This document shows positions 12,268 to 23,014 of a DNA stretch of 64,000 nucleotides, piece by piece. The position numbers and the translations under genes are program-made. The first letter of the stretch is position 1, and each line of letters starts with the position of its first letter. Where the stretch lies: the NCBI RefSeq assembly GCF_011745625.1, contig NW_027191480.1, positions 124,001-188,000 of the forward strand, in the 5' to 3' direction. The notes under the pieces are model-generated. The model did no database searches and was not told where the DNA came from. It saw nothing but the letters and a program-made list of their open reading frames with translations. This DNA is from Cladosporium halotolerans (taxonomy: Eukaryota).

Positions 12268-13573
12268 ATGTCCGACCCGCACGAAAACCGCTTCGCCTCT
12301 TCCACGCACACCGCCGAAGACCTCCTCAAGCAACAAACCGTCGGGCTGGTGCACCTGTCCGATTTCCGCAAACGCCGCGCCGAGGCGATCGAGCAGAGCA
12401 GTGGGACTAGCACGCCGGGCGAGACGAGTTCGAGTCGGTGAGTCCTGTCGCTCCAAAGCATTTCTTAGTTTTTTTTGGGGAAATTGAAGGGCTGATGGGC
12501 GAAAGCGCAGAGAACAGACGCCTCAAGCTGCTGCAGCGGCGGGGTTTAAGAAGCGGAAGAAGGGGAAGGCGAAGGGGATTGGGTTGTCGTTTGGAGGGGA
12601 GGATGAGGAAGAGAACGGGGACGATGGGGAGAAAGTGGGAGGAGGGGGAGTGAAGGGTCGCGGCGTCGTGAGCAAAACCGCCGGCGGTAACGAAGATGGC
12701 GAGGAAGACGAATCGCAACAACCCACAACGGCGATCAAAAAGCGCCTCAAACCCAACAGCGCCGTCGCCGTGCAAGCCAAAGCGCAGACGAAAGCATCGC
12801 TCGCGCGCGAGGCGTCGCTGAAAGAGACGCTGCGCAAGCAGTACCTGCTCACGAACGAGGCGGTGCGGGCGACGGAGTTTGCGCTGCTGTTTGTGTTTTT
12901 CGAGGCGAAGGAGATGGCTGGTGGGAAAGTGCGGCTGAAGAAGGGGGATTTTGTTTGGTTGTTTTTGGAGAGGGCGAGGAAAGTCGGGATTGAGCTCGGA
13001 GAGAGGGGAGAAGGGCCTGCGGGGTTGGGGGCGAGGAGGAGAGAGTGGGCGAGGATTGGGGTGGATGATATGATGGTTGTTGTGGGGGATATGATGGTGC
13101 CGCATGTGAGTGTTGACATTGATGGGCATGATCTGCTTGTCTATTGGTGTATATGTGCAAACGCTAACGGAGTTTATGTGCAGCATCTCGACTTCCACAC
13201 GCTCATCCTCAACAAATCTGCCGGCTACAACGGCGTTCTGTTCCCCTTCTCTTCCGAACCAACGGCCGCGACACCAAAGCACCTCATCCCCTCTGCGGAC
13301 GGGTCATTACCTACGGCCGATGTGCCGGAGCCCAAAAGCGGCTTGTTGACCGCCGACGAACTGAAAGACCAGCCTCCCGCCATCCCAGACTCCGAGTTGG
13401 AAGGATTCGATCGCGACCCGTCTTTGATCAAGGTCGTGGACCGTCGCTGGTATGAGAAGAACAAACACATCTACCCCATGAGTGTGTGGGAAGACTTCGA
13501 TCCAGCAAAGGATTATTCCGAGGGTGGGAAGAAGGATCGTGAAGGGAATGCGTTCTTCTTTTCGTCGAGATGA
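12268..13573 (+). CDS. XAP5: XAP5/FAM50-family nuclear protein (about 384 aa); introns 12438-12510, 13106-13183
   Basis: TAEDLLKQQTVGLVHLSDFRKRR N-terminus; KVVDRRWYEKNKHIYPMSVWEDFDP C-terminal XAP5 motif. Confidence 0.88.
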
Positions 13574-13665
13574 TCCTGAAACAGCTCTGGCCTTGTGACG
13601 CTCGAATGGTTCGGCAGCTCAGAGGCTGGCTTAATGTTGTGTTTCTTGTGCGGTATCCGGCGTTC

Positions 13666-14034
13666 TCACTTCCAGCCAATCATGGCGATGAGCAACACGA
13701 TCAGAAGGACGAGCGTGATCGGGTTGAACAGGAATAGGGCGACAGCCGCCGGGCTCATGAGGCCCATGACCACGTTCGTCGCGCAGCGGCTCAGGAACTT
13801 CTCGATTCGTTTGACGAGAGTTTGCGCTCGCTTTTCGAAGTCTTTCAGCGAGGGTGTATCGGCGTCGAGATACCAGCCGGTGGAGTCGCTGGACGTGCGA
13901 CGCAGATGGCGGGGCCGGAGTCGGGGCGAAGAGGAGGGCGAGGATGCCGGTGTCGTCGACGACTTGGCGACGGGTGAGATGATCGCAAACATGTCGGCTG
14001 GCCGGCCTGTCAGGAGGAATGACGTGGTGTTCAT
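13666..14034 (-). CDS. Small hypothetical protein with C-terminal hydrophobic anchor (122 aa)
   Basis: ATG in CAACATG context; Ser-rich N-part; hydrophobic end VALFLFNPITLVLLIVLLIAMIGWK; TATATA about 200 nt upstream (14229-14234). No family recognised. Confidence 0.55.
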   Translation of the reverse strand: MNTTSFLLTGRPADMFAIISPVAKSSTTPASSPSSSPRLRPRHLRRTSSDSTGWYLDADTPSLKDFEKRAQTLVKRIEKFLSRCATNVVMGLMSPAAVALFLFNPITLVLLIVLLIAMIGWK

Positions 14035-15237
14035 GTTGCTTGGTGTCTGGTTGTCGTGGTGGCAACAGACAGTCGTGTCTCTATCGACCTGGTTGATTCT
14101 TCGAAGCAGTATCGCAAACGATGCAAGACAGGATGTGAGACAGTTCCCTGCCACAGAAGGAATGGAAGCGGCTGCAGGAATGAAGAACGTCGCCACCCAC
14201 GAAGACGGAGTGGTATAGCGCAGGCCTCTATATACCAACCCGCTCATATACCCACATCCCAACAAGATGCTTACCCTACCTCACAACAATGCGGCACGAT
14301 AGCGGGGCACGCGGGGCTCTCATCTTCTATCGTTCACGCGCGCGATGGGTCGGAAGTGAAGACGTCGGTTGATGTGGTTGCAATCGGCAGCGTGTCAAAC
14401 GAGCCCCCGTCATTGGCCGGCAGGTTTAGCGACGCGCCCCGGTCAGCGCGCGCCTCGCCTGCGCGTGCGCCGAACGGGTGGTGGTGAGGGGTCGGCCGGC
14501 CTGAGGCTCAGCGCGGGAGGTATATCTTCGCCTGATCTTCGCCGCCTCTCGCCCACCCTCCTCTCCCACCAGAGTTGCCCTGAAACCCACCCGTCAAACG
14601 GTGGTCCGCCCCGTCCGTCTTGCCCGCCCAACGTCGCGCGTCACTTGACATCCTGATCTCGTCCTGAACTCCGGCGCGGTCCATGGCGGCTTCAATGTCT
14701 GTGAGACGGCGGGGCGGTTTGATGCGGGCCCACATGGATGTGATGATTTCGCGTCTTCATGGAGTGCTAGGCAGTTATCGTTCCTCTGCTGACTGTGGGG
14801 TTCGGTGCGTAACATGCACTTACATCATTCCATCTATTACATGATTGGCATGCATTTCCTTAGCATTCTATACATAGCAAACATCCGTCTAATCAAGCCC
14901 CTGAGGCTCAAGGCGAGGCCAGGTTGAATCTCCAGGCACGCGTGAGACTTGGTCGTGATAGCCTCGGTCCCTGTCAAACGTTCCCATCCCACCTTTCAGC
15001 CCAGCAACGCACGGTGACGTCTCCGCTAAAAAGTCTCCAGACCCCACCATTCGCTAGTCCGCAATCGACATCTTCACCAACGTTTGACTCAGGTCTGTGA
15101 ACTCACGCATTCTTTTGAAGTCACTTTTCAGTCACTAGAACAAATTCGATATACACATCAACCATCGTTTCAACGACAGCAAATTTCAGCCTCACCAGCA
15201 CATGCCCAGTCATTTTCCAAATACCAACCCACCCACC

Positions 15238-16098
15238 ATGGCCCCAACCCCACCCCCCATCCTCGCCTGCCTCTTCGACATGGACGGCCTGCTCCTCGAC
15301 ACCGAAGACCTCTACTCCATCTGCACCAACACCCTCCTCGCCGAATTCAACAAGCCCGCCCTCCCCTGGTCCATCAAAGCCCAACTGCAAGGCCGCCCCG
15401 GCCCCGCCGCCTCCGACATCTTCTTCCAGTGGGCACAGCTCCCCTGCTCTCGCGAGGAGTACCTCGCGAAGCAGACCGTGCTGCAGCGCAAGCACTTCCC
15501 GTCCGCGGCGCCGCTGCCGGGCGTCGAAGACCTCTTGCAGAAACTGGGCAAAGCGCAGCGCGAGGGCAAGGTGGAGATGGCGCTCGCGACGAGCTCGCAC
15601 AGGGCGAACTTCGAGCTGAAGACGGCGCACCTGCAGCACCTGTTCGAGGACTTCCGGCAGGAGAACAGGGTCCTGGGCGACGACGCGCGGATCCCGAAGG
15701 GGCGGGGCAAGCCGGCGCCGGACATTTACCTGCTCGCGCTGGAGACGGTGAATGCGCGGCGGCGGCTGGCGGGCGAGAAGAAGGATATCTTGCCCGAGGA
15801 GTGTCTTGTTTTCGAGGACTCGGTGCCGGGCGTTGAGGCGGGGAGGCGCGCGGGGATGCAGGTTGTTTGGTGCCCGCATCCGGAGCTGTTGAAGGAGTAT
15901 AAGGGGAGGGAGGAGAGGGTGTTGGCGGGGTTGATGGGGGAGCATAAGGAGGTTGAGGAGAAGAACGAGAGTTTGGGGGTTGCGAAGGCTGATGGGGAGG
16001 TTAAGAAGGGAGCACCAGGTGAGGAGGGTGATGGGTGGGGCGTGTTGCTGAACACGTTGGAGGGGTTCGACTATGCGAGGTTTGGCATTGAGGTGTAG
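15238..16098 (+). CDS. HAD-superfamily hydrolase, HDHD1/pseudouridine-5'-phosphatase-like
   Basis: Motif I FDMDGLLLDTE, motif II LATSS, GKPAPDIYL, CLVFEDSVPGVEAGRRAGM. Confidence 0.9.
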   Translation: MAPTPPPILACLFDMDGLLLDTEDLYSICTNTLLAEFNKPALPWSIKAQLQGRPGPAASDIFFQWAQLPCSREEYLAKQTVLQRKHFPSAAPLPGVEDLLQKLGKAQREGKVEMALATSSHRANFELKTAHLQHLFEDFRQENRVLGDDARIPKGRGKPAPDIYLLALETVNARRRLAGEKKDILPEECLVFEDSVPGVEAGRRAGMQVVWCPHPELLKEYKGREERVLAGLMGEHKEVEEKNESLGVAKADGEVKKGAPGEEGDGWGVLLNTLEGFDYARFGIEV

Positions 16099-16512
16099 AT
16101 GGAGATGGCATTAGAGCGATATAGGATAGAAGTGAGAATACCACGGGGCGGAAAAGCTTCGAGTATACAGATTTAGTAGACTGCTGCATACAGTTGAGCG
16201 TCGTGGCGATGTATTCTAGAGCAAGCTTAGTCTGACTCTGGAGACGTGCTACGCTAATATCTTGCGCGGCTTGCGCGGTTCTGGTTGAAGGTTGAATCCT
16301 CGCGCCATGCTCTCAGTCTGCTAAGTGACCTAGTCCAGCGTTTGCCTTGTCGTTTGGTCCCAGGTCTCAGGAGTGCTATGAGATCCATATGTGCGGACGA
16401 ATAGTCGACTCGAGCCAATGCAGTTTAGGACTTTCTGCTTTCGGTGCGAGGCCAGTCCTTCACCGGCGTCTCTGTTATCGCGACATTGTGAGAATGTTAC
16501 ACCGTCTCAATC

Positions 16513-18195
16513 TCAGCCAGCCGGTGCAGTCTGCGCTCCTCCTTTGGCGGCATTTGCACCCGCGTTGCCGCCACCAGCATTGTTCGCCTGACCACGCCTC
16601 CCGCCACGACCACCTCTGAACCCGCCACGACCACCACCACCACCGCCTCCAGATCCTCCACCCCCTCCTCCACCGCTGCTACCTCCGCCGCCACCTCCAC
16701 CAGCTCCTCTATCTCTGAACTCAATCACTTCCACAGCACCCTTCGCCACGGGAACTTTCTTCGCCTCGACCGCCTTCTTAAGGCCCTCTTGCGTTTTGAA
16801 GACTGCAATGGCCGTTCCTTTCCTCGGATCGATCGTGACATTGTTCATTTCGCCAAACTGCGCGAGCGCTTGCTGGATCAAAATCTCCGTCATGCCTTGG
16901 CTCGGGTTTGCATGCTTGAGGTAGGCTTTAGGTGGACCAGTGGACTGTTGTTGATTCTGCTGGTTTTGCTGCTGCTTGTTGGATTGCGGAGCCGGAGACG
17001 AGTTCTTCGGCTGCGTGGGCGGTTGCTTGTTGTTATTCGTGTCGTTCGCTGCCTTCTCTCCGGCACCTCCTGACTGCTGGTTTCCGGCGGCTTTGGGTCG
17101 GATTCCAAGGTCTTTCTGCAGCATCTTCTTGATTCCTTCGGCGTTGTTACCTCGCTGTCTCTGGGCCTGTCCACGCTGTCCGGCTTGGTTCGCCGGTGGG
17201 TTCTGCTGCTGCTGCTGTTGCTGCTGTGGTTGAGCAGCAGCGGCGTTGTTGGCGGCTGCTTTTGCGTTCTGCTGGCCTGCTCCTCGCTTGCCCTTAGCAG
17301 GCGTTTGCGCGGCCTTTTGCGATGCGTTACTACTAGCAGCGGTCGCCGCAGCAGCATTCTGTGCTTGCTTTCCACCCTGCTTGCTCCCACCCTTTCCACC
17401 CTCTTTAGCATTCTGCTCCTGCTGCTTGCCCTTCTCACCCTTTTTGCCCCCAGCCGCCTTCGCATTCCCTTCATCCGCCTGCTGTCCCTTCCCATCGCCC
17501 TTGCCCTTCCTCTCTGCCTTCTCCGCCTTACTCGCTGCCGCTTTCGCCTTGTTTGCCTTCCTCTCCCTCAAATCCTCAATCAACGGCGTGCTCTTCACTT
17601 TCCCGCCATCCTCATCCTTCTTCTCCCCTCCCGCCCCCGCACTATCAATCGCCGCCGCCTTCGGAATCGGCTGCGTCTCCGCCTCCAGAAAAGCCATATA
17701 CTCCGCGTCCTGATCAATCGTGCCCTGCCTGTTATCCGCCCTTGGCCTCTGCCTTCCCTGCGCAAGCGGCACGCGCTGGTTCATCGCGAAGCCCAGCGTC
17801 GGCGCCGCGCCCACGCCCTTCCACGTCCCCGCCTTATCCCTAAACGCGACGGCCAGAAACCGCGCCTCGAACTCCCGCACCAGCGTCTCGTTCAGCACGT
17901 GCACGTAGCACCGCCCCAGCTCCGGCATCTTGTGCGCGCTCTTGGGCTTGCCGGCCCGGAACTCGCGCCAGTCGACGCGCCCGGCGTTCAGCTTCCAGTC
18001 GTCGCCGAGCGTCTCTTCGAACTCGGAGAGCGTGAGGCCGGGCGGGAGGCGGCGGATTTCGAGCTTGAGGCGCGCCGTGGGCGGTTTGGGGGGTGGAGGG
18101 GCGCGGGCGGAGGCGGGGATGGGGAGCACGCCGCCCCCACCGCCGGAGGAGGAGGGGGTGGGGTTGGAGGATTTTTGGAGGACTTTGGGGGGCAT
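16513..18195 (-). CDS. UPF3: Nonsense-mediated decay factor Upf3 (Smg-4/UPF3 domain, poly-Q, C-terminal RRM-like segment and RGG tail)
   Basis: RLKLEIRRLPPGLT..EF..L, RQGTIDQDAEYMAFLE, KSTPLIEDLRERK. Start taken at MPPKVL (CACAATG context). Confidence 0.88.
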   Translation of the reverse strand: MPPKVLQKSSNPTPSSSGGGGGVLPIPASARAPPPPKPPTARLKLEIRRLPPGLTLSEFEETLGDDWKLNAGRVDWREFRAGKPKSAHKMPELGRCYVHVLNETLVREFEARFLAVAFRDKAGTWKGVGAAPTLGFAMNQRVPLAQGRQRPRADNRQGTIDQDAEYMAFLEAETQPIPKAAAIDSAGAGGEKKDEDGGKVKSTPLIEDLRERKANKAKAAASKAEKAERKGKGDGKGQQADEGNAKAAGGKKGEKGKQQEQNAKEGGKGGSKQGGKQAQNAAAATAASSNASQKAAQTPAKGKRGAGQQNAKAAANNAAAAQPQQQQQQQQNPPANQAGQRGQAQRQRGNNAEGIKKMLQKDLGIRPKAAGNQQSGGAGEKAANDTNNNKQPPTQPKNSSPAPQSNKQQQNQQNQQQSTGPPKAYLKHANPSQGMTEILIQQALAQFGEMNNVTIDPRKGTAIAVFKTQEGLKKAVEAKKVPVAKGAVEVIEFRDRGAGGGGGGGSSGGGGGGGSGGGGGGGRGGFRGGRGGRRGQANNAGGGNAGANAAKGGAQTAPAG

Positions 18196-19260
18196 TGTGG
18201 CGGGATGCCCGGTCGGGAGGAGGGTGGGTGCAGGTGGGTTGAGTGTTTGGAGAAGGTTGGGGTGGTTGTGATGTGAGGCAAGCGGGAAGGAAGGGCAGTG
18301 GGGCAGCTTGCGGTGAGTGAGGTTTTGGGAAGGAAGGTTCGACGAGGTGGCATGTGATTGTTGTTGTGCTCTAGTGATCCTGATGCTACATAGATGTCTA
18401 GTATCCGATGAGAGGGAGTTTTGATACAATCGCTCGACGCTTGGAAAATTTCTCAAGCGAATGAGCGTCCTATCGACGGGCTTATGTTCGTGATTTTTGT
18501 GCGTATGAACTCGTCGTTTCCCATGTCTCGTCGACGAAATACGATAGCACGCTCTGAAGTATTTGATGTCAATAATCTTTGGTGATCTTGGCCACTGCAC
18601 CATAATGTTGAGCATTTACTTGCTCTCTACAGAGGAGATATGCTCTTTCATCAAAGGGTCCGTGAATTGTACAAACGTTGGTGCAGAACATAGAGCCACA
18701 CGGGAGTTTACATGCTAAGGGAGACATTTATGGTAACAATTGAATCGCACCGATTTTAGATGCTTCACGCATATCTGCGAAATGCACAATTCGGTTGTTG
18801 CGAGCTTGCTTCTGAATTAAAAAGAGAATGATCCTTTCTTCCATGTCTGCCGCATCAGTGAAGTGAGGCGTCTCGGCCAAGCTGCCGTGTTTTGACTCAT
18901 GCGGCCCGGCCAGGCAGCTTCCAGGGCGCAGCCTCCTTTCGCCGCGTCGCGCCAGATCGCCTGCTCCCACCACTCCACAACATCAACCTCCACCCATCAC
19001 ACTCTCAACAACAGTGCTTCTCCCATCGGCACGCGTTCTCAAACTGCCATCGCGCGCGCATCTCGTCTTCTGATCGTGCCATTCTTCGACCTTCGGTCAT
19101 CACCACTGCCAACTCACTGCCGATCACTCCTCAACAGGCAGCCTCACGCCCTCACCTTTGCTTTTCGCAACAAATCATCAACTTCAACCAGCGATCGCAT
19201 CAGCTTCGCGCGCATCTCACCAAGCCTTCTACTTCTACGAAACCACCACTTATCATCAAC

Positions 19261-21015
19261 ATGTCTGGACAAGGAAAGCTCGACCAGTCTCTCGACGAGA
19301 TCATGAAGGACACCAAGCCCGCCCGCGCCGGTCGCGGCCGTGGCCCTCGTCGCGCCGCTGCCGTCAAGGCTGCTGCCGCCACCGCTGCTCCGGCTGGCGG
19401 TGTCTCCAAGAAGACCAAGGCTCCTCGTGCCGCCAAGGTTGCTGCACCCGCTGCCCCGGCTGTCCCCACCACTGGCGACAGCAAGATCATCGTCAGCGGT
19501 CTTGTAAGTCACACCTCACTTGCATCATTGTTCGCGCAGTGCTAACACTTTTCAGCCCGACGATGTGAACGAATCGCAGATCAAGGTATGTTTTCGGACC
19601 GGATGAGCGGCATGCGATTTTTCTCGACGTTTCCCGATCGTACCTACCTTTCCGCGCAATGAAACGCGTAGCCTCTTGAGGACGAGGCCTTCGCTTGCGC
19701 CTTCTGATGCCTTCTACGGCCAGAACATGGACCTCTGCTCGATTCGAGTCAAATCCGCTTGCCAAAGCGCGATACTCCCGAGCAGCCAGCGTACCTGAAC
19801 TATCTCCTGCAAGAGACCAGAACAATCGCTGTTGGCTGGCACCCACACGCGCGTTCTTGGTGCAGTGAGTCGCGAAGAGCATGCACGATCAGTGAGCAGA
19901 ACAGCACGTGTACATCCATTTGGGCAACATTATGGATCATTGGCACACTCTTTCGCATGGAGTACAACGCAAATTCGTTTTCGGGGACGAACTACACGGC
20001 TTGGCTTAATGGCTACGGCGACTGGATTTCCAAAGCGAAATGTTGCAGTTCCGAAGGAACTCAAGTCCAGCGCACGACATCCGATTTCGCGGTGATTCGC
20101 GATCAGAGGGCTCTTGGAATGCACACATGGACGGAGACCGGGATGAAAATTCTGGAGAGCCTGCGTGTGGTTCCATCGGATGTCTGCCCGTTGTGAGGCT
20201 GGGATTAATCACGCGCTGCTGTCTGCTCACTAATCATTGCCTCTGCCTTCTCTTACAATCTGTAACTCTGGAGACGACTGGTTCGGAGGTTATTTCACGA
20301 CTCGACACGGCTACGCGGCGTCAACATTTGCGAACGGGCTTGAAGCCATATCACACAGAATTAACTGACATGAGCATTCGTTCAGGACTACTTCAGCAAG
20401 TCTGTCGGTGCAGTCAAGAAGGTCATGCTTACCTACGGACCGACTGGCCGCAGCCGCGGCACTGCAACTATCGTGTTCAGCAAGCCAGGAAGTGCCGCTC
20501 TGGCCGCGCGCGATCTCAATGGTGTCAAGGTCGACAACCGTGCCATGAGGGTATGCCATCCCAGCTGCTATAATATTTCGCGCCAGGCACTGACTCCATC
20601 CAGATCGAAGTCGTTCTCGGCGCCAACAACGTTCCGGCCGCTGCCGCTCCCAAGAGCCTCGGAGATCGCATTGCGTAGGTCTCAGCTGTACTCTCATCAT
20701 ACTTCTTTACTCCAGAACTGACAATCCCAAAGTAAGCCGAAGAACGCCGCTCAGGAGAGCAAGAAGGGCGCTGCCGCGAAGGCCGCCAAGCCCGCCGCCA
20801 ACGGCACCGAGGGCACCGCGAAGAACGCCCGCAACAACAAGAAAAAGTCCGGCCGTGCTGGCAAGCCCAAGCCCAAGACCGCCGAGCAGCTCGATGCTGA
20901 GATGCAGGACTACTTCGGCGGTGGTGAGCCCAACGGCGCCGCCCCGGCTGCGAACGGCACCGCTCAGGCTGCTCCTGCCACCAACGACGATGCCGCTATG
21001 GACGAGATCTCTTAG
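19261..21015 (+). CDS. YRA1: mRNA export adaptor Yra1/ALYREF (263 aa); exons 19261-19503, 19556-19585, 20386-20550, 20604-20674, 20733-21015
   Basis: N-box KLDQSLDEIM, RRM SKIIVSGLPDDVNESQIKDYF...GRSRGTATIVF, C-box KTAEQLDAEMQDYF. Four GT-AG introns, the second 800 nt. Confidence 0.93.
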
Positions 21016-22854
21016 GCGAGCAAGCAGCGTTCTTCCAGTAGGCGAGGACCTATCGGCAACACCGTCCTGCATCCTTGGCTGCGAGACGGGTGACGGAAAC
21101 GACAGCGTCTCTGCCGGTCCCACGGCGACTTTTTCCTTTTTTTTTTCTTTCCAATTGGCATGTAGGAATACCACTAAGCAGAATGCGACGAACCCCGGGA
21201 CTGTGGAGGACAAACGGCGCGCCGGAGGCAGGCGCAAGGAATTCACGGAGTAGTCGCTTTTAGCGTGCGAAAGCTCATCATCAGTAGTAGTAAACAACAA
21301 CGTGGCGGGCGACGGTCACCCGTTCAATCACAGCAGCAGTAGAGCTTACACAGAGCTGTCTTTCCCAATTTGAGCACGAGATAGTACCTAAAACCGTTCC
21401 TTTTTCCAGTACACAAACAGCTCGACCATCTTAGACTTTCAGCCCCCTCTCGAACTCTACGTCGTATCCTCAGTGATTGGCTTCGAGAGCCCGGCTCCTT
21501 CCTTCCGTCACCCTATTACCAAACACCCAGCACCGGGGAAGCTCTGCGCATACAAGCCTTCAAGCTCATGCGGCTTACCTTATTCCCACTGACCCGCGCT
21601 CGAGATTCCTGCGCCGATCCGCCGCCCGGCCCAGCTTAGCTACGGTAGGTAGAGAGCTGTCGCGGTTTCTCGGTCGTAAGGGATCGAGCAGCATCCATCC
21701 CTCTGAAGGCGCAACGCCACATCACCAGCAGCGTCGCGAGCGCACCCGATCGATGCCGCAGCTCCTTCTCGTCACAGAGCAGGGGTGCGTTTCGAACGAC
21801 ACGGCTCGGTGGCTCGATCCATCGAGTTTGGAGAAGGACTCGCGGACAATCACTGCGCGAGCGGTCGGGTTTCCCTCGGAGCGCCCTGCAGCGAGCAGCG
21901 AGCACGGTACCTACTATGTAGAGTGCACGCATTTGTCATCCGCCCTCTCGATCGGAGCATGGGTTCGCGAGGGCGAGGTTCCAGAAGCGCTCGGCGGCTG
22001 CTGTTCCCTCGCTGCTCGTGTGGCTCGCGGGGAAGCTGGGAGGGCAGGCAGACGTCACCCCACTTGCCCGCTTGGGCTGCGTTTCGCGGTCGGGGGGTTT
22101 TGGGGGCACGGGAGACCCTCGCGACAAAGCGTGCCGAGGGTTTTGGTGGGCTGTGGAGATGGATGGGGGGCAAGTGTGGGCTGTGCTGTGCTGGGGTGTT
22201 TTGGTGGGTTGGGGGAGTGTTGGAGTGCTGGGTGGCGGCATGGACAGATGGACAAATGGATGGATGTACAGGGCGGCTCATGCGAACGCAGCGGCTAAGG
22301 TGTCTCAGGCAGGCAGGTATGTTTAGACGTGCATGTACCTACCGGGCTGAGGTGAGAAGAGGAGGCAGCCGGGGCGGTTTTGGTAGGGTAAGGCAAGCGG
22401 CAGGCGGCGGGCACAGCTGGCGCTGGCTGCTGCTCCCACACACACGCGCTGGGAGCTTTCCCCGCACCCCGCCCTCGCGCAGCACCAGAGACGACACAAC
22501 ACTCGATATCCCCGTGGCCGAGCAGCCATTCAGCCATTCACCGCCCGCCGTCGTGCTGTCGCGCCGCCAGCCGCCGTCAACCGCGACCAGGCGAGTGGAG
22601 TCCGGCACGCGCCCGGCCTGCCATGGCGGCCGCGCCAGGCCAGACGCTGCGCTGTGGCCTGCTCCGTCTGCCACTCCTCCCGGTGGGCCGTGTCATCGAG
22701 GTGGATGCTTGACGTTACTTAACCCCGCTACCCTCGGCCATTGCTGCCCTGATCTTCCTTTCTCCTCATAAGACACACGTCCGCTGTGCTCTTCCCTAAC
22801 GACTGCCACTTTGATTTCCTGTTTGAGATACCCCCCATAATCACACCCGCCACA

Positions 22855-22982
22855 ATGACTTCCGTCCAGCTCGAGACGCCGCACTCCGGCAAGTACACAC
22901 AGCCGACTGGCCTGTAAGTCTCCTGATCTCCTCGCCAAAGCAGCCAGAAACGCCACCACCGATCAGATTGATCGCCGCCTCC

Positions 22983-23014
<32 letters not shown>

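Noticed and set aside
19759..20196. 145-aa ORF nested in the YRA1 long intron, or an intronic snoRNA
   Set aside because: TTG start and no family features; I found no convincing C/D or H/ACA box pair by eye.
21016..22854. 1.8-kb aldA upstream region with long ORFs (21477..22298, 21785..22771) and CreA-like SYGGRG sites (e.g. 22153, 22191, 22595)
   Set aside because: The ORFs lack ATG starts and coding character. Six-mers are too frequent in GC-rich DNA to call, although carbon catabolite repression of aldA is plausible.
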